64,000 bases of DNA, taken from contig NW_027362763.1 of NCBI RefSeq assembly GCF_046119375.1, forward strand, positions 152,520,001 to 152,584,000. The letters are read 5' to 3'. The notes beneath the pieces are model-generated. The model was given only the letters and a program-made list of their open reading frames with translations. It searched no databases and was not told where the DNA came from. Made by a program: the position numbers and the translations under genes. How positions within the stretch are numbered: position 1 is the stretch's first letter; every line of letters begins with the position of its first letter. Positions 50,345 to 63,291 of the stretch are shown here, piece by piece. This DNA is from Phyllobates terribilis. Lineage: Eukaryota.

Positions 50345-51048
50345 CAGGCTGTTCCCCCCTTAAAATGCCCCATGCAGGACGTCACCCCTCCTCTTTATAA
50401 TGCCCCATGCAGGATGTCACCCCCCTCTTTATAATGCCCCATGCAGGATGTCACCCCCCTCTTTATAATGCCCCATGCAGGATGTCACCCCCCTCTTTAT
50501 AATGCCCCATGCAGGATGTCACCCCTCTTTTTTATAATGCCCCGTGCAGGATGTCACCCCCACACTTTATAATGCCCCATGCAGGATGTCACCCCTCCTC
50601 TTTATAATGCCCCATGCAGGATGTCAGCCCCCCTCTTTATAATGCTCCATGCAGGATGTCACCCCCCTCTTTATAATGCCCCATGCAGGATGTCACAACT
50701 CATCTTTATAATGCCCCATGCAGGATATCACCGCCCCCTCTTTATAATGCCCCATGCAAGATGTCACCCCTCCTCTTTAAAATGCCCCATGCCGGATGTC
50801 ACCCCCCCTCTTTATAATGCCCCATGCAGGATGTCACACCCTCCTCTTTATAATGCCCCATGCAGGATGTCACCCCTCTTTATAATGCCCATGCAGAATG
50901 TCACCCCCCCTCTTTATAATGCCCCATGCAGGATGTCTCCCCTCCTCTTTATAATGCACCATGCAGGATGTTACCCCCCAAAATAATGCCCCATGCAGGA
51001 TGTCACCCCCTCTCTTTATAATGCCCCATGCAGGATGTCACCCCCCAT
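50345..51048. repeat. Paralogous 33-35-bp minisatellite, unit B
   Basis: Same unit and position relative to the hAT. Confidence 0.95.
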
Positions 51049-51369
51049 TAGAACTGTGGTTTTCCTTTTTGACTATTCAAATCTGGGTGTAATCCACCTT
51101 TTTGCCTTTTTTCCATAAAAAAAAACAGTTTGAGCGTCTCGCTGACTGTTCAGACACAAATATATCTGTTTAAATGATTCTGGGGTAGGCCAGAGAACTA
51201 GAACTGTGGTTTTCCTCTTCCACGATTAAAATCTGGATGTAATCCACCTTTTTGCCTTTTTTACATAAAAAAAACAGTTTCAGTGTCTTGCTCACTGTTC
51301 AGACACAAATATATCTGTTCAAAAGATTTTGGTGTAGGCCAGAGAACTAGAACTGTGGGACTGGACGTT

Positions 51370-54300
51370 CTGGTGATGGTGCGTGCAGAGGACGGGACCG
51401 TGGCAAATGTGAAAATGTGCCACAACCAACAGCCACATCTTCTCGCTCCCAGTTCTTGACCAAATTACTAGGGAAGCACACAACAACACCACTATTGCGA
51501 ACTGATCAGTGTGAACATGTTATTAATTGGATAGCAGATAATACTTCCAGTCATCTGGTCATCACCACCACCGGTCTGTCTTCCACACGGTCAAGTCTTA
51601 GTAGCCGTGAGTCTCGACCGCATACTCCTCCTCACCCTGATGCTCCTTCCTCCCACACTGCCGAGTGTCGTCAGACAGCAACTGATCCCACAGTTGGACA
51701 CTCTGAAGAGCTGTTCACTGGTCCATTTCCATATTTGGGACCCTCGCCTGCTCCGCTTGAAGTGGTGGAAGAGGAGATCCCATGTAGCGATGGCCAAATA
51801 TTTGAACAGTCACGGCCACAGGAAGGCGATGCTGGCTTTTTGTCGCAAGATCTGGAGGATGACGAGACACAATTGCCATGAAGTGAGGAGGAGGACAGTG
51901 GTGCGGAAATGGAAGAGGAGGAGGTGGTGGATGATCTAGTAACTGACCCAACATGGCAGGAGGACACACAGAGCGAGGCCAGCAGCACACAGTGGGCGGG
52001 AGGCAGAGTACCCCAATAGGCAGGAAGAAGCTGTGTGGTGGCCGCAAACAGAAGGCGGGCAACCGTTCCCCGTAACACCAATACGAGGGACATTGCCAGT
52101 ACAACCGGTAGGTCTTCAAGAGTCTGGAATTTTTTTAAAGACTCTGCTGATAACCCCAAAAAGGCCATTTGTACCACCTTCCATGCCAGCATCAGCAGCG
52201 GTGACAAAACTACCAGCCTGACCACCACCAGCATGATCAGGCACATGTCAGCAAAGCACCTGACTTTGTGGGGCGAACCCCAGGGTCCACGACCAGTATC
52301 AGCGGGTGTCACCACTGCTACTTCCGCTGTTGTGCGTGTAAGAGAACCCCCTGTTCTACGTGCAAGGCATTCCCCTGTCCATACTGCATGCAAAGATGCC
52401 CCATCCTCTCAGTCTTCACTTGTTGTAGCAGTTTCTCAAGAAACAGCATCAACGTCCATGTCCACGTCCCACTGCAGCGTTCAATTGTCCATATCCCAGA
52501 CCTTTGAATGAAAGCGCAAATTCGCAGCCAACGCCCTACAGGCCACAGTCCTAAATTCTCACATTTCACGACTGCTTGCGTTGGAAATGGTGCCCTTTAG
52601 GCTGGTGGAGACGGAATCCTTCCACAACCTTATGGCGGTGGCCGTCCCTCCGTACTCGGTCCCCAGCCGATACTATTTTGCCTGCTGTGCCATCCCGGCA
52701 CTACACAAGCACGTGTCCGAGAACATCTGCCGTGCCCTCAACAACACAGTTACTGGGAGAGTCCACCTGACAACGGACACGTGGACAAGTGCTTGTGGCC
52801 AGGGACGGTACATCTCCCTGACAGCACACTGGGTAAACATAGTGGAAGCCAGGACCCAGTCGGACCTTGGGAAGTAACACACCCTCCCCACACCGATGAT
52901 TGCGGGCCCTATGTCAGTCAGAGTTGTCCCCACAGTGTACAGCTCCTGTGCATCATCCTCCTCCTCCTCCTCATGTTCAACCTCCATCTCAGATATCACC
53001 ACATCAGTTACAAGCTGGAAGCACTGCAGTACTGCCTCAGCCAAGCGGCAACAGGCTGTGCTGAAACTCATAAGCTTAGGTGGTAAACCTCACACTGCTT
53101 GTGAGTTGTAGACAGGTGTGAAAGAGCAGGCAGATCTGTGGCTGAGACCGCTGAACCTACATCCAGGCATGATCGTGTGTGACAATGGCCGTAACCTGGT
53201 GGTGGCTCTGAGGTGAGGCGAGATCACACACTTACCATGCCTGGCTCATGTGCTTAACCTCAGCGGTTTCTTAAATCATACCCCGAGTTGCCAGATCTGC
53301 TCGTCAAAGTACGCCGCCTGTCAGCTCATTTTCACAAGTCGGCTACAGCTTCTTCCGCCCTTGCTGTGTTGCAGCAGCGTTTGTAGCTTCCGGCACACCG
53401 ACTGGTGTGTGATGTCCCCACACGTTGGAACTCTACCCTCCACATGTTGCAAAGGATTTGTGAGCAGAAGAGAGCAGTTGTGGAGTACCAGCATCAACAA
53501 GGCCATCGGTATTCAGTTCAGACTCCACACATAAGACCACAGGAGTGGACCTGGATGTCTGGCATATGTACCATCCTGACAAACTTTGAGGAGTCCACCA
53601 AGATGGTAAGTGGCGATGACGCCATCATTAGCATCAGCATCCCACTTGCCTGTCTTTTGCAACGCTCTCTGTAGAGAATTATAGAGGAGGCATTGCAGCC
53701 AGAGTATGATGAGATGGATCAAGAAGCCGTAGCGGTCGATTACACACAGCCCAGCATCATCTCATCCCAACGTGCATTGGGGGACAATGAGGGAGAAGAG
53801 GAGGAGGAGGAGGAGGAAGAACAGGAGATTGTATCATGCGCTGTAGACGGTAGTACCTGTACAACTGTCATAACGTCGGTTCAGCGTGGGTGGCCTGAGG
53901 ACAGGGGGGAAGAGGAGGAGGAGGAGGAGAGCATGGTCAGTCGTCATCTTGGTGAGGACACGGAAGTCTTGCCCGTTACCAGTCTGGCACGCATAACTGA
54001 CTTTATGTTACGCTGCCTTAACCGTGACCGCCGCGTTGTCAAAATGTTGGGTGACAGTCATTACTGGTTGGTGACACTTTTAGAGCCCCGCTACTAGTAG
54101 AACTTTCACTCTCTTATTCCTGAGGTGGAGAGGTCTACAAAAATGGGGCAGTACCAGAAGGCCCTTGTTGCAGAACTGTTAGAAAAATTCCCATCTGAAC
54201 ACGCTAGCGTCAGAGGTCACAGTTCGTTTCCCAACCAAGGCGTACATGCGAGAGAGATGCAACTCCAATCCAGCAGAGGCTGGGGAACACTGTCAACGTT

Positions 54301-54685
54301 CTGGGACAGTTTTCTCAGACCCTCCCTTCGGACAGACCCTGAGGCGCGGGGAACTCTCACAAGGAGTGGAAAGTTTCAAAAGATGTTGAGGGAGTACCTT
54401 GCCGACTGTACCAGCGTCCTCCGTGATTCCTCTGCGCCTTTTAATTATTGGGTATCCAAGCTGGACACTTGGAATGAACTTGCTCTGTACGCCTTGGAGG
54501 TCCTGGCCTGCCCTGCCGTTAGCGTGTTATCGGAGCATGTTTTTAGGGCCGCTGGGGGAATTATAGCTGATAAGCGCACTCGCCTGTTAACTGACAATGC
54601 TGACAAGCTGACTCTTATCAAAATGAACAAGGGCTGGATTTGGCCAGACTTCTCATCACCACCAAATGACAGCAGAATAACATAA
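51370..54685 (+). pseudogene. hAT transposase pseudogene, unit B
   Basis: ORF fragments 51417-51881, 52035-52511, 52581-52877, 53405-53674, 53693-54097, 54125-54685 carry the same motifs. The start region is deleted near 51360. Confidence 0.88.
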
Positions 54686-57662
54686 AGTCAAATCCACTGT
54701 GTTATTTCGGGAGGTGTATTCACATGCACGGCTTCACACCCACACATGGGTTAATGCTTCCTCATTTCGGCTGTTTTATGTTCTTTTCCTTATCCTCAGC
54801 CTCCACCACCACTATACCACCAGGGTGTCCGTGGTCCGAGTTGCCATTATTGAAAGTTCATCCGTCCTTATTTTTGTCAGCTTTTGCTTGGAAGGCATAA
54901 GCAAAGACTGTGGGAGACCCACTCCCCACTAATGGGAATAATATTTTTAAGATGCTGTCCTGCATGGCTCTTGTAAGGGGCATTAAAACCGTCTTGTTAA
55001 GCTACTGCGACCTCCACGTCTCTTCCGAGGGGCATTAAAACCGTCTTGTTAAGCTACTGTAACCTACACCACTTTTCCAAGGGGCATTAAAACTGTCTTG
55101 TTAAGCTACTGCGACCTCCACGTCTCATCCGAGGGGCATTAAAACCGTCTTGTTAAGCTACTGGGACCTCCACGTCTCTTCCTAGGGGCATTAAAAGCGT
55201 CTTGTTAAACCACTCTGAACTCCACAGCTCTTCCAAGGGGCATTGAAATGTTGTTTTTAATTAACTCTAACCTCCACGACTCTTCGAATGGGCATTGCAT
55301 TTCCTCCTAATTTTTGGCAGCTTTTGGTTGGAAGGCATAAGCAAAGACAATGGGAGACCCACTCCCCAATAATGGGAATAATGTTTGTAATATGCTGTAC
55401 TGTATGGCTCTTGTAAGGGGCATTGCAAGTTCCTCCGTCCTAATTTTTGGCAGCTTTTGCTTGGAAGGCATAAGCAAAGACTATGGGAGACCCACTCCCC
55501 AATAATGGGAATAATGTTTTTAAGATGCTGTACTGTATGGCTCTTGTAAAGGGCATTAAAACCGTCTTGTTAAGCTACTGCGACCTCCACCACTTTTCCA
55601 AGGGGCATTCAAACCATCTTGATAAGCTACTGTGATCTCCATCACTTTTCCAAGGGGCATTAAAACCGTCTTGTTAAGCTACTGCGACCTCCACCACTAT
55701 TCCAAGGGGCATTAAAACCATCTTGTTAAGCTACTGCGACCTCACGACTCTTCCAATGGGCATTGCATTTCCTCCTAATTTTAGTCAGCTTTTGCTTTTC
55801 AATGCATATGCGAACACTAAGGGAGACCCACTCCCCAATAATCGGTAGAAGGATTTTAGTACGCTGTAATCCACGTCTGTTTCAAGGGGCATTGCAGTTC
55901 CTCATAATTTTTGGAAAGCCTTCCATTCACTGCTTAGGCCAACAGTGCACAGGAGACCCAGTTGCTATAAATGGAAAAAATGGTTTAGTTAAGGCCCTCT
56001 GACCTCCATGTCACTTCCAAGGGGCATTGGAGTGCCTCTAAATTTTTGGTAGGCATTGCACTCACTGTATGCCCTATAACTGTGTAGCCGAACCGCTCCT
56101 TTTGGTACAGAAACATATCCTACAAGACATGTGTGTTTGACTGGCCTGATATTGATGTGAATGGTCCCTATTCCTCCTGCTCTTTCTCCTTTGCCACCAC
56201 CTCATTCATCATTTATCACCTGAAGCTTTGTTTTAACGGGAGTCATAGAATTGGGATAGTATCAGGAAAACATCCAGCAATCCTCGGAGGAGGTAGGATA
56301 TGCGCTAAAACACTGACCACCTCAGGCCTAGCCGCTACTACATACATGCGCTTGCATTCCAAGAAAACAAAGCAGATGCTAACTTCTATCATCATCATCA
56401 CGCTCCTCACCTTGGCACTCTCAACTCCCCTGATGGAGAAGCCAGGGGCCTCCGGAGGAGTCTTGTTCTCTGGAGGGCTCGTCCAATGCTGCCCTAAAGT
56501 AGGCCAGGCTAAGAAAAGTGTGTGGGAAGGTGACAGGAGAAATAGGGGCGGCTGGGTACCGTTTATGGACACCCGGCCGCCCCCAGGTGGCTGGGAACCT
56601 TGTGTGGAGACCCGGCCACGGGGCGGCTGGGGACCAAGTATGGAAACCAAGCCGCCGAAGCAGCCATGAGGTAGTGGCCAGCTTCGGCCTCCTCCAAACT
56701 AAAAGGCCCCATTTCAAGTGCAAGCTAGCAGTATGGAATTGCAGCCTGGGGGTGGGTGGGTGGCAGGCTGCACACTTACGCTTGCATTAAAAGAAAACAA
56801 AGCAGATGCTAACTTCTATCATCATCATCATGCTCCTCACCTTGCCACTCTCAACTCCCCTAATGGAGTAGCCAGGGCCCACCGGAGGAGTCTGGTTCTC
56901 TGGTGGGCTCGTCCAATGCAGCCCTAAAGCAGGACAGGCTAAGAAAAGTGTGTGGGAAGGTGACAGGAGAAATAGGGGCGGCTGGGGACCGGTCATGGAC
57001 ACCCGGCCGCCCCCAGGCGGCTGGGGACCGTGTGTGGACACCCGGCCGCAGGGCGGCTGGGGACCGAGCATGGACACCCGGCCGCCGGGCGGCTGGGGAC
57101 TGAATATGGATACCTCGCTGCCGAAGCACCATGAAGTAGTGGCCAGCTTCAGCCTCCTCCAAACTTAAAGGCCCCAGTTCAAGTGAAAGCTAGCAGTATG
57201 GTATTGCAGCCTGCGGGTGGGTGGGTGGTTGGCTGCTTATTTGAGCTTGCATTGCAAGGAATGTGGGAGGTACAATTGAACACTGCCCTGGGACAAGGAC
57301 TTGCATGGGGATAGTTGCAAGTCTGCATCTTCTGATGCGGCAAGGATCACTTCTGATGGGCACACTTTTAGGAAGTGACCTGGGAGTCAGAGATGCTTCC
57401 AGGGGTCCTCCCCATGCTGTTCCCATGTCTTTTCAGCACTGTATGCATGTGTCACACAGCACATGGCCAGATAAGGTTGTAAAATGTTAAAATTACATTT
57501 CCCGGTGAATGCATTTGTCACGGGTGAAACCAATACAAAAGTGCAAAAACGCATGAAAAATCCTACTTGTAAATATAGCCCAAGGTGTGGAAGAGTATTT
57601 TTGTTTTTGGTTATTTATTTTACCTTATACACAAGTCTTTACCCTGGAAAGGAAGTTCCTTA

Positions 57663-58051
57663 GGCTATGTGGCCACGTTGCAGAAATGAAGCAGAAAATT
57701 TCTGCTTCATTTCTGCAAGTCCTCTCCCCGGGAAAAAGCATGCGGAATTCCGCACGCAATTATTGCGCGTTTTTCGTGCGTTTATCGCTCGTTTTCCACA
57801 TGCAGAATTGCCTTGCATTTTTTAATGCATTGCACAAGGCAATTCCGCTTGCGGAAACGCAAAATTAACGGACATGCTGCGGATTTTTGAGCGCAGCATA
57901 AACGCTGCGGAAATATCCGCAGCATGTGCATAGGACTTGCGGAATCCCCTTTGGGACCATGGGGAGCGGATTACCTAGCGTTTCACATGCGTTCACGCTG
58001 TGGAAATTCCGCAGCATATACGCATGAAAAACACTACGTGGGCACGCAGCT
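57663..58051. mobile_element. 389-bp Tourist-type MITE, unit B only
   Basis: TTA|GGCTATGTGGCCACGT...ACGTGGGCACGCAGCT|TTA. Empty site GTTCCTGAACATAT at ~23059-23072 in unit A. TIR related to the 5816 element. Confidence 0.8.
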
Positions 58052-58687
58052 TTAACATATTTCACAGGAAAACCGTTTCAGTTTCGTTTTTGAACGTTTT
58101 ATTGTGAGCCCGCAAAAGTGGCTTAATACCTCTGACCACGTTGTTGACAGCAGTGACCTGGGGGTCAGAAATGTTTCCTGGGGCGATCCCCATGCTGTCC
58201 CCATGTCATTTGAACACTGTCACTATCGTTTTGGGCACTTTTTAGGCTTTCTACAGACTGCCGGGGGTGCCGCCGCAAAAATGCTCGGGTCTCCCATAGA
58301 CTAACATTGGGCTCGTTGCTCGGGTCGAGCACCCGAGTATCACGGTGAGATCGACCCGAGCTTCGAGCACCCGAGCATTTTAGTGCTCGCTCAACACTAC
58401 AGGGCACACCTGTGAAGTGAAAACCATTTCCGGTGACTACCTCTTGAAGCTCATCAAGAGAATGCCAAGAGCATGCAAAGCAGTCATCAAAGCAAAAGGT
58501 GGCTACTTTGAAGCACCTAGAATATAAGACATATTTTCAGTTGTTTCACACTTTTTTGTTAAGTATATAATTCCACATGTGTTAATTCATAGTTTTGATG
58601 CCTTCAGTGTGAATGTACAGTTTTCAAAGTCATGAAAAGACAGAAAAATCTTTAAATGAGGTGTGTCCAAACTTTTGGTCTGTACTG

Positions 58688-59315
58688 TATATTATGCACA
58701 CTTGCTACCTCATGTTATTGTAATGCCTTATATCCCTCTGTAATTTGGCTGAAATGTGATGTGTCTGATACATTCTATTTGTTTAATAAAATCACTAAAA
58801 CTTATAAAGCGTCTTTCATTTTTTTTACAAACTGTATAAAGTGCATACTTTTAATACTTGGGAGTAGTTATAACTCGGCCATATATATAATATGCCCGAC
58901 CAATTTCATTTGAATGTAAAATTGGAGAATCACACTGCCATATAATATTGTGAATCACATCACCGTATAATATGGATCAATTAATTGTGATAGTAACACA
59001 CCAAATTTGATAGTGTCATACATAATATGCCACTATCAAATCAAATTCATTGTGCAGTACAACAACATGTTAATAATAATCGGGCAATTAATTGATAGTA
59101 ACATTATCAAATCAATTAATCAAAATTAAATGATTTGATAATGCACCCTATCAATTTTAATTGATACACTAATATAACACTATCAATTTCATTGGGGCAT
59201 AGGGACGGGGACACGCTCTGCAAAAAGGGGAGGGGTTAGACAGTTTGATACACTATGATAGGGGCGGGGCACCTGTCAGATTGAGTTTGATGGATTATAT
59301 GAATTCTATTCTTCT
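58688..59315. repeat. Right arm of the foldback-like element, unit B (left arm absent)
   Basis: Direct homolog of 23577-24205; followed by CCCGAC (59316-59321). Confidence 0.85.
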
Positions 59316-60551
59316 CCCGACCTTCCAGTCCCAATAACTAGGGGACCACAGCACACCACTATTGAACCCACATCAGTGTTAAAAGGTTGTTGGTTGGATA
59401 GCAGATAATGCTTCCAGTCAATTTGCCACCACCACCACCACCCTTTCTCCCACACGGTCAAATATCAGTAGCCGTGAGTCTGGACCGCATATTCCTCACC
59501 CTGATCCCTCTTCCTCCCACCATGCCGAGTGCCTGGAGACAACTGATCCCACACTTGGATACTGCGAAGAGCTGTTCACTTTTCCATTTATAGATTCGGG
59601 CCTCTTGCCCTGCTAGCTTCAAGCGGGGCAGGAGGAGATCGCATGTAGCGATCCTCAAATATTTGAGCAGCCACGGTCACACAAAGGCGTCGGTGGGAAA
59701 GTGCAATTACTGTCACAAGAGGTGGCTGATGATGAGACACAATTGCCAGAAAGTCAAGAGGAGGACCAGAGTGCGGTAGTGGAAGACGAGGTGGTGAGCA
59801 ATGAAGTCACTGACCCAGCCAGGCAAGGTGACATGCAGAGCGAGGAGAGCAGCACACAGGGGGAGGGAGGCGTAGCACCACAACAGGCAGGAACAAGCTA
59901 TGTGGTGGCCACAGACACAAGGCAGGCAACCGTTCCCCGGAACACCAACACGAAGGAAGTTGCCAGTACAACTGTTAGGTCTTCCCGAGTCTGGTTGTTT
60001 TTTAAAAGACTGTTTAGATACCCCAAAAAGGCCATTTGCAACATCTGCCAGGCCAGTATCAGCAGGGATAGCAAAACTAGCAGCCTGACCACCACCAGCA
60101 TGCTCAGGCACATGACAGCAAAGCACCCGACCAGGTGGGCCAAATCCCAGGGTCAAGAAATAGTGTCTGCGGGTGACATCACTTCTTGTTCCTCTGTTGT
60201 GTGTGAAAGCCAATCCCCTGTCCATTGCGAATGAGAAAATGCTGCCCACCCTGCACCTGTCATTGCACACTAGCAACTACCACCATCAGCAACCACGTAC
60301 CAGCGCAGCGTTCAGTTGTCCCTACCCCAGTCCTTGGAATGCAAGCGCAAATATGCAACCAACGCCCCACTGGCCACACCACTAAACTCTCACATTTTGC
60401 GAATTCTTTCTTTCAAAATGTTGCCTTTAAGGCTCATGGAGACGGAAGCTTTCTGGCAGCGGCCGTCCCTTGGTGCTTTGTCCCCAGCCACCACTATTTC
60501 TCCCAGTGTGCCATCCCCGCATTACACAAGCACGTGTCCCAGAACATTAGC

Positions 60552-61789
60552 TGTGGCGCCCCTGAGGATTCAGTCGCCACAGAGGTACTGCACCTCACCC
60601 AGAGGTGTGGTGTCTCCTTCTCTCAGGTAAGGAGGGAGTGCTGCCCGGAACCCCAAACACCTGCATCCAACACTACACTGCTCCAGGCCGGCTGGAGGGG
60701 CAAGATGCAATGTGTTTTTCTGCCGAGCCCTGACCCTGGTTGGAGTGGGGGGAACCCAGAGGTAGGGGGAACAAGTAGTGGGTGTGGGTGGAGGAAGTAG
60801 TTTAAGGGAGCACTATAGTAGTAGGTATAAAAAGGGAAGCATCTTAGGGTGGCAGGCTAGTCACTGGAGAACAGCCAGGGAGCAGAGTCTCTTTAGGAGC
60901 TCTGCTCCACAAGTAGGGCCCAGTCCTAGAAGCCCAGGTGGGGAGCAGAGGAGTAGGCTCCGTTCTAAGAAGGGATCCTAGGGGGTACGGCAAGTGCAGG
61001 ACGGCACCCGTATGCCCCGCATATGTCAGAAGACAGAGGGATCGCAGTCCGCAAGAAGGGGACCGGCCCCTGGTCCAGCCGTGTTACTCCAGGTCTCGGC
61101 TGAGAAAACCGGAGGCTTCTGGCTTATATGGTCAGTTGCCGAAGCCTCATTCTAATCCCCGTGAGGGTCAATCAGGTGTGGGAACTCCGACGCACAGGAG
61201 GGACTTCAGAGCACCCGAGCGGGATTGAGAGTGGGAAGAGCAGGGCAGGAGGGAGAAAGACCCAGCGTGAAGTAGGTCTAGTGAGGAACACAAGAAAATG
61301 GGGTTCTGTCAGGTACTCCTAATCTGCCTGAGGAAGTGCTGAACCCCTGCCTGGTGAGCGCAGCGCGACGTGGGAGGCCAACAACTGTACAGTGCACCAG
61401 TGAAACTGTCATAAGAACTGTGAGTAAAAACTCGGATGACTGCACCGTTCTGCCTCCGTCTATTCTTTCATCTGTGCCATCTTTCCCTCCCTGCACTACA
61501 ACGCCCAGCGCAACCTACACTGCTTACACTGCCCTGGAGCCAGCTCTATCTGTGGAGAGCCACATCATCCCTGCTGCTGCAACACCAGCTCCAGAGGACT
61601 GCTCTGCAGCGGCGGCACCCTTTTGCCGCATTCCACAGGTGGCATCACGAACTTTCCAAATCCCATATAATAATTCCCCCTTTTTACTCACCGCCCTGGA
61701 TCACGGACCGGGCCAGCCACCGTGATATCCCCCATACCGGCATCCATAGGCCCGGCTGCCGAGTGCCCCACGGCCCAGGGGGCGCGTCA
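60552..61789 (+). mobile_element. Solo LTR (1238 bp), unit B only
   Basis: TTAGC|TGTGGCGCCCC...GGGGCGCGTCA|TTAGC: TG..CA termini and a 5-bp TSD. Empty site CAGAACATTAGCCGTGCCC at ~25387-25405 in unit A. Confidence 0.9.
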
Positions 61790-61819
61790 TTAGCCGTGCC
61801 CTCAACAGCGCAGTTACTG

Positions 61820-62587
61820 ATATGTACTCCCCCATACTGTTATATGCGCCCCCATCATGATATATGCTCCCCCACCCTAGTATATGCTCCCTCATCCTGG
61901 AATTTGCGCCTCCATCCTGGTCCCCCATCCAGTTATGTGCTCCCCCATCCTGGTCCCCCATCCTGCCATATGCTCCCCCATCTACCCATAAATGAAATTC
62001 AAAAAAGATTCTTACTCACCTTTCCATCGCTCCCCTGCAGCGCATCAGCTGGGTTATTTTACTAAAAAGGCGCCGGATATCACTCTATGTGCAGGCGCCG
62101 ATTCTGACGCCACGCTCCTCCCCGGCCTCTGGCCCCCAGCCCAAACAGAAACAGCACACTTTTCCCCGGCTGGTATGTGCTTATGGCACCGGAGATCACA
62201 GTATGCGTTCAGCGCCATATACTCCTCATCCCTGTCTGGGATGTGGATGTGTTTTTCTGTCTGGGCCGGACAGACTGCACAGGCGCATTGCACATACTCA
62301 GTCTATAGAGGCTTCGGACAGAAGGACACATCCCTGGTTATATTATAGATGGGGTCAACCATTACAAACAAGGGTGTAAGGGGGATTAACAAGAGGCTAT
62401 AATACAAACAGGCTGGACTATTAACAGAAGGTGAAAGGAAGAGGTAAGAGGAGAAACAGGCATTCTGCTGCTGAGGCTTGAAGGGAATAGAGCCAGTAAT
62501 AACACAGCAGGGCCGGTGATGGTAGTGTTCATTAGGAGCTCAGACCTGCCGGCTGCATTCAGTGACACTTTTAAACAATGTGGTATC

Positions 62588-62619
<32 letters not shown>

Positions 62620-63090
62620 GGCCCAGGAGGCACTATTATTTGTAATATAATAAAAAAGACACAGGTAGTCGCTTATAATATTATTATTATAAGGCGGCCC
62701 ATAAGGGGCACCATTATTATAAGGAGGTCCAGGCCACAGTATTAAAAAGAATCCGTCTATTGAAAATAGGTTTTGTAGGCAGATTTTCAGGGAGATGTAT
62801 GTACGGCCCATAGATCTTAACGCCTCATTTACATATTAAGAAAAATTTGGATTTCTTTAGCGTAAGACATCAGATCACAGATATTAAGGTATCAGTTTAT
62901 TTAACTTTCTATAACCCCTATGCCCATATAGAGACCCATAAACAGACTCAGAGGGGCAGTATTATTATTATAAGGAGGTACTATTGTTATTACAGGGAGA
63001 CCCATGGGGGCTCTATTAGGAGACCCAGGGGGTGCTATTATTATAATTATTCATAATATAAAGAGACCTAAGTGGATACCCTCATAAGTT
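61820..63090. mobile_element. Composite of non-autonomous DNA-transposon fragments and low-complexity repeats, mostly absent from unit A
   Basis: CTCCCCCATCC-type repeats and ATT-rich blocks. Unit A joins the equivalent of ~61890 directly to ~63090 at ~25490. Confidence 0.45.
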
Positions 63091-63291
63091 GGTATTGGTA
63101 ATAGAACATTTTGGTTTTCTCCAATGGTCGGCAGGGTCATATTTGTAATAGAGATCCCCATCTTTGGAAGTGGGTGTGGGAGAGCAGCATGGGTCTGTGC
63201 TTCATATGCCAGGGCTAGATGCAGTCCCAGTCTAACCCTGTTCTCACGGTAAAAATGCTTCTTTTAACACCAAAATCAGAATTTCTTATTA

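Larger units (their letters stand above)
49685..58399 (+). mobile_element. Younger hAT, unit B; left end replaced by Gypsy, right TIR intact
   Basis: Colinear with ~15131-23319; ends GCTCGCTCAACACTA at 58399 with a CCGAG-rich subterminal block. Confidence 0.85.

Noticed and set aside
60800-61330. Short ORFs and a TATAAAA inside the solo LTR as a host gene or promoter
   Set aside because: They lie wholly within the LTR; a TATA-like box is expected there and no transcript evidence is available.
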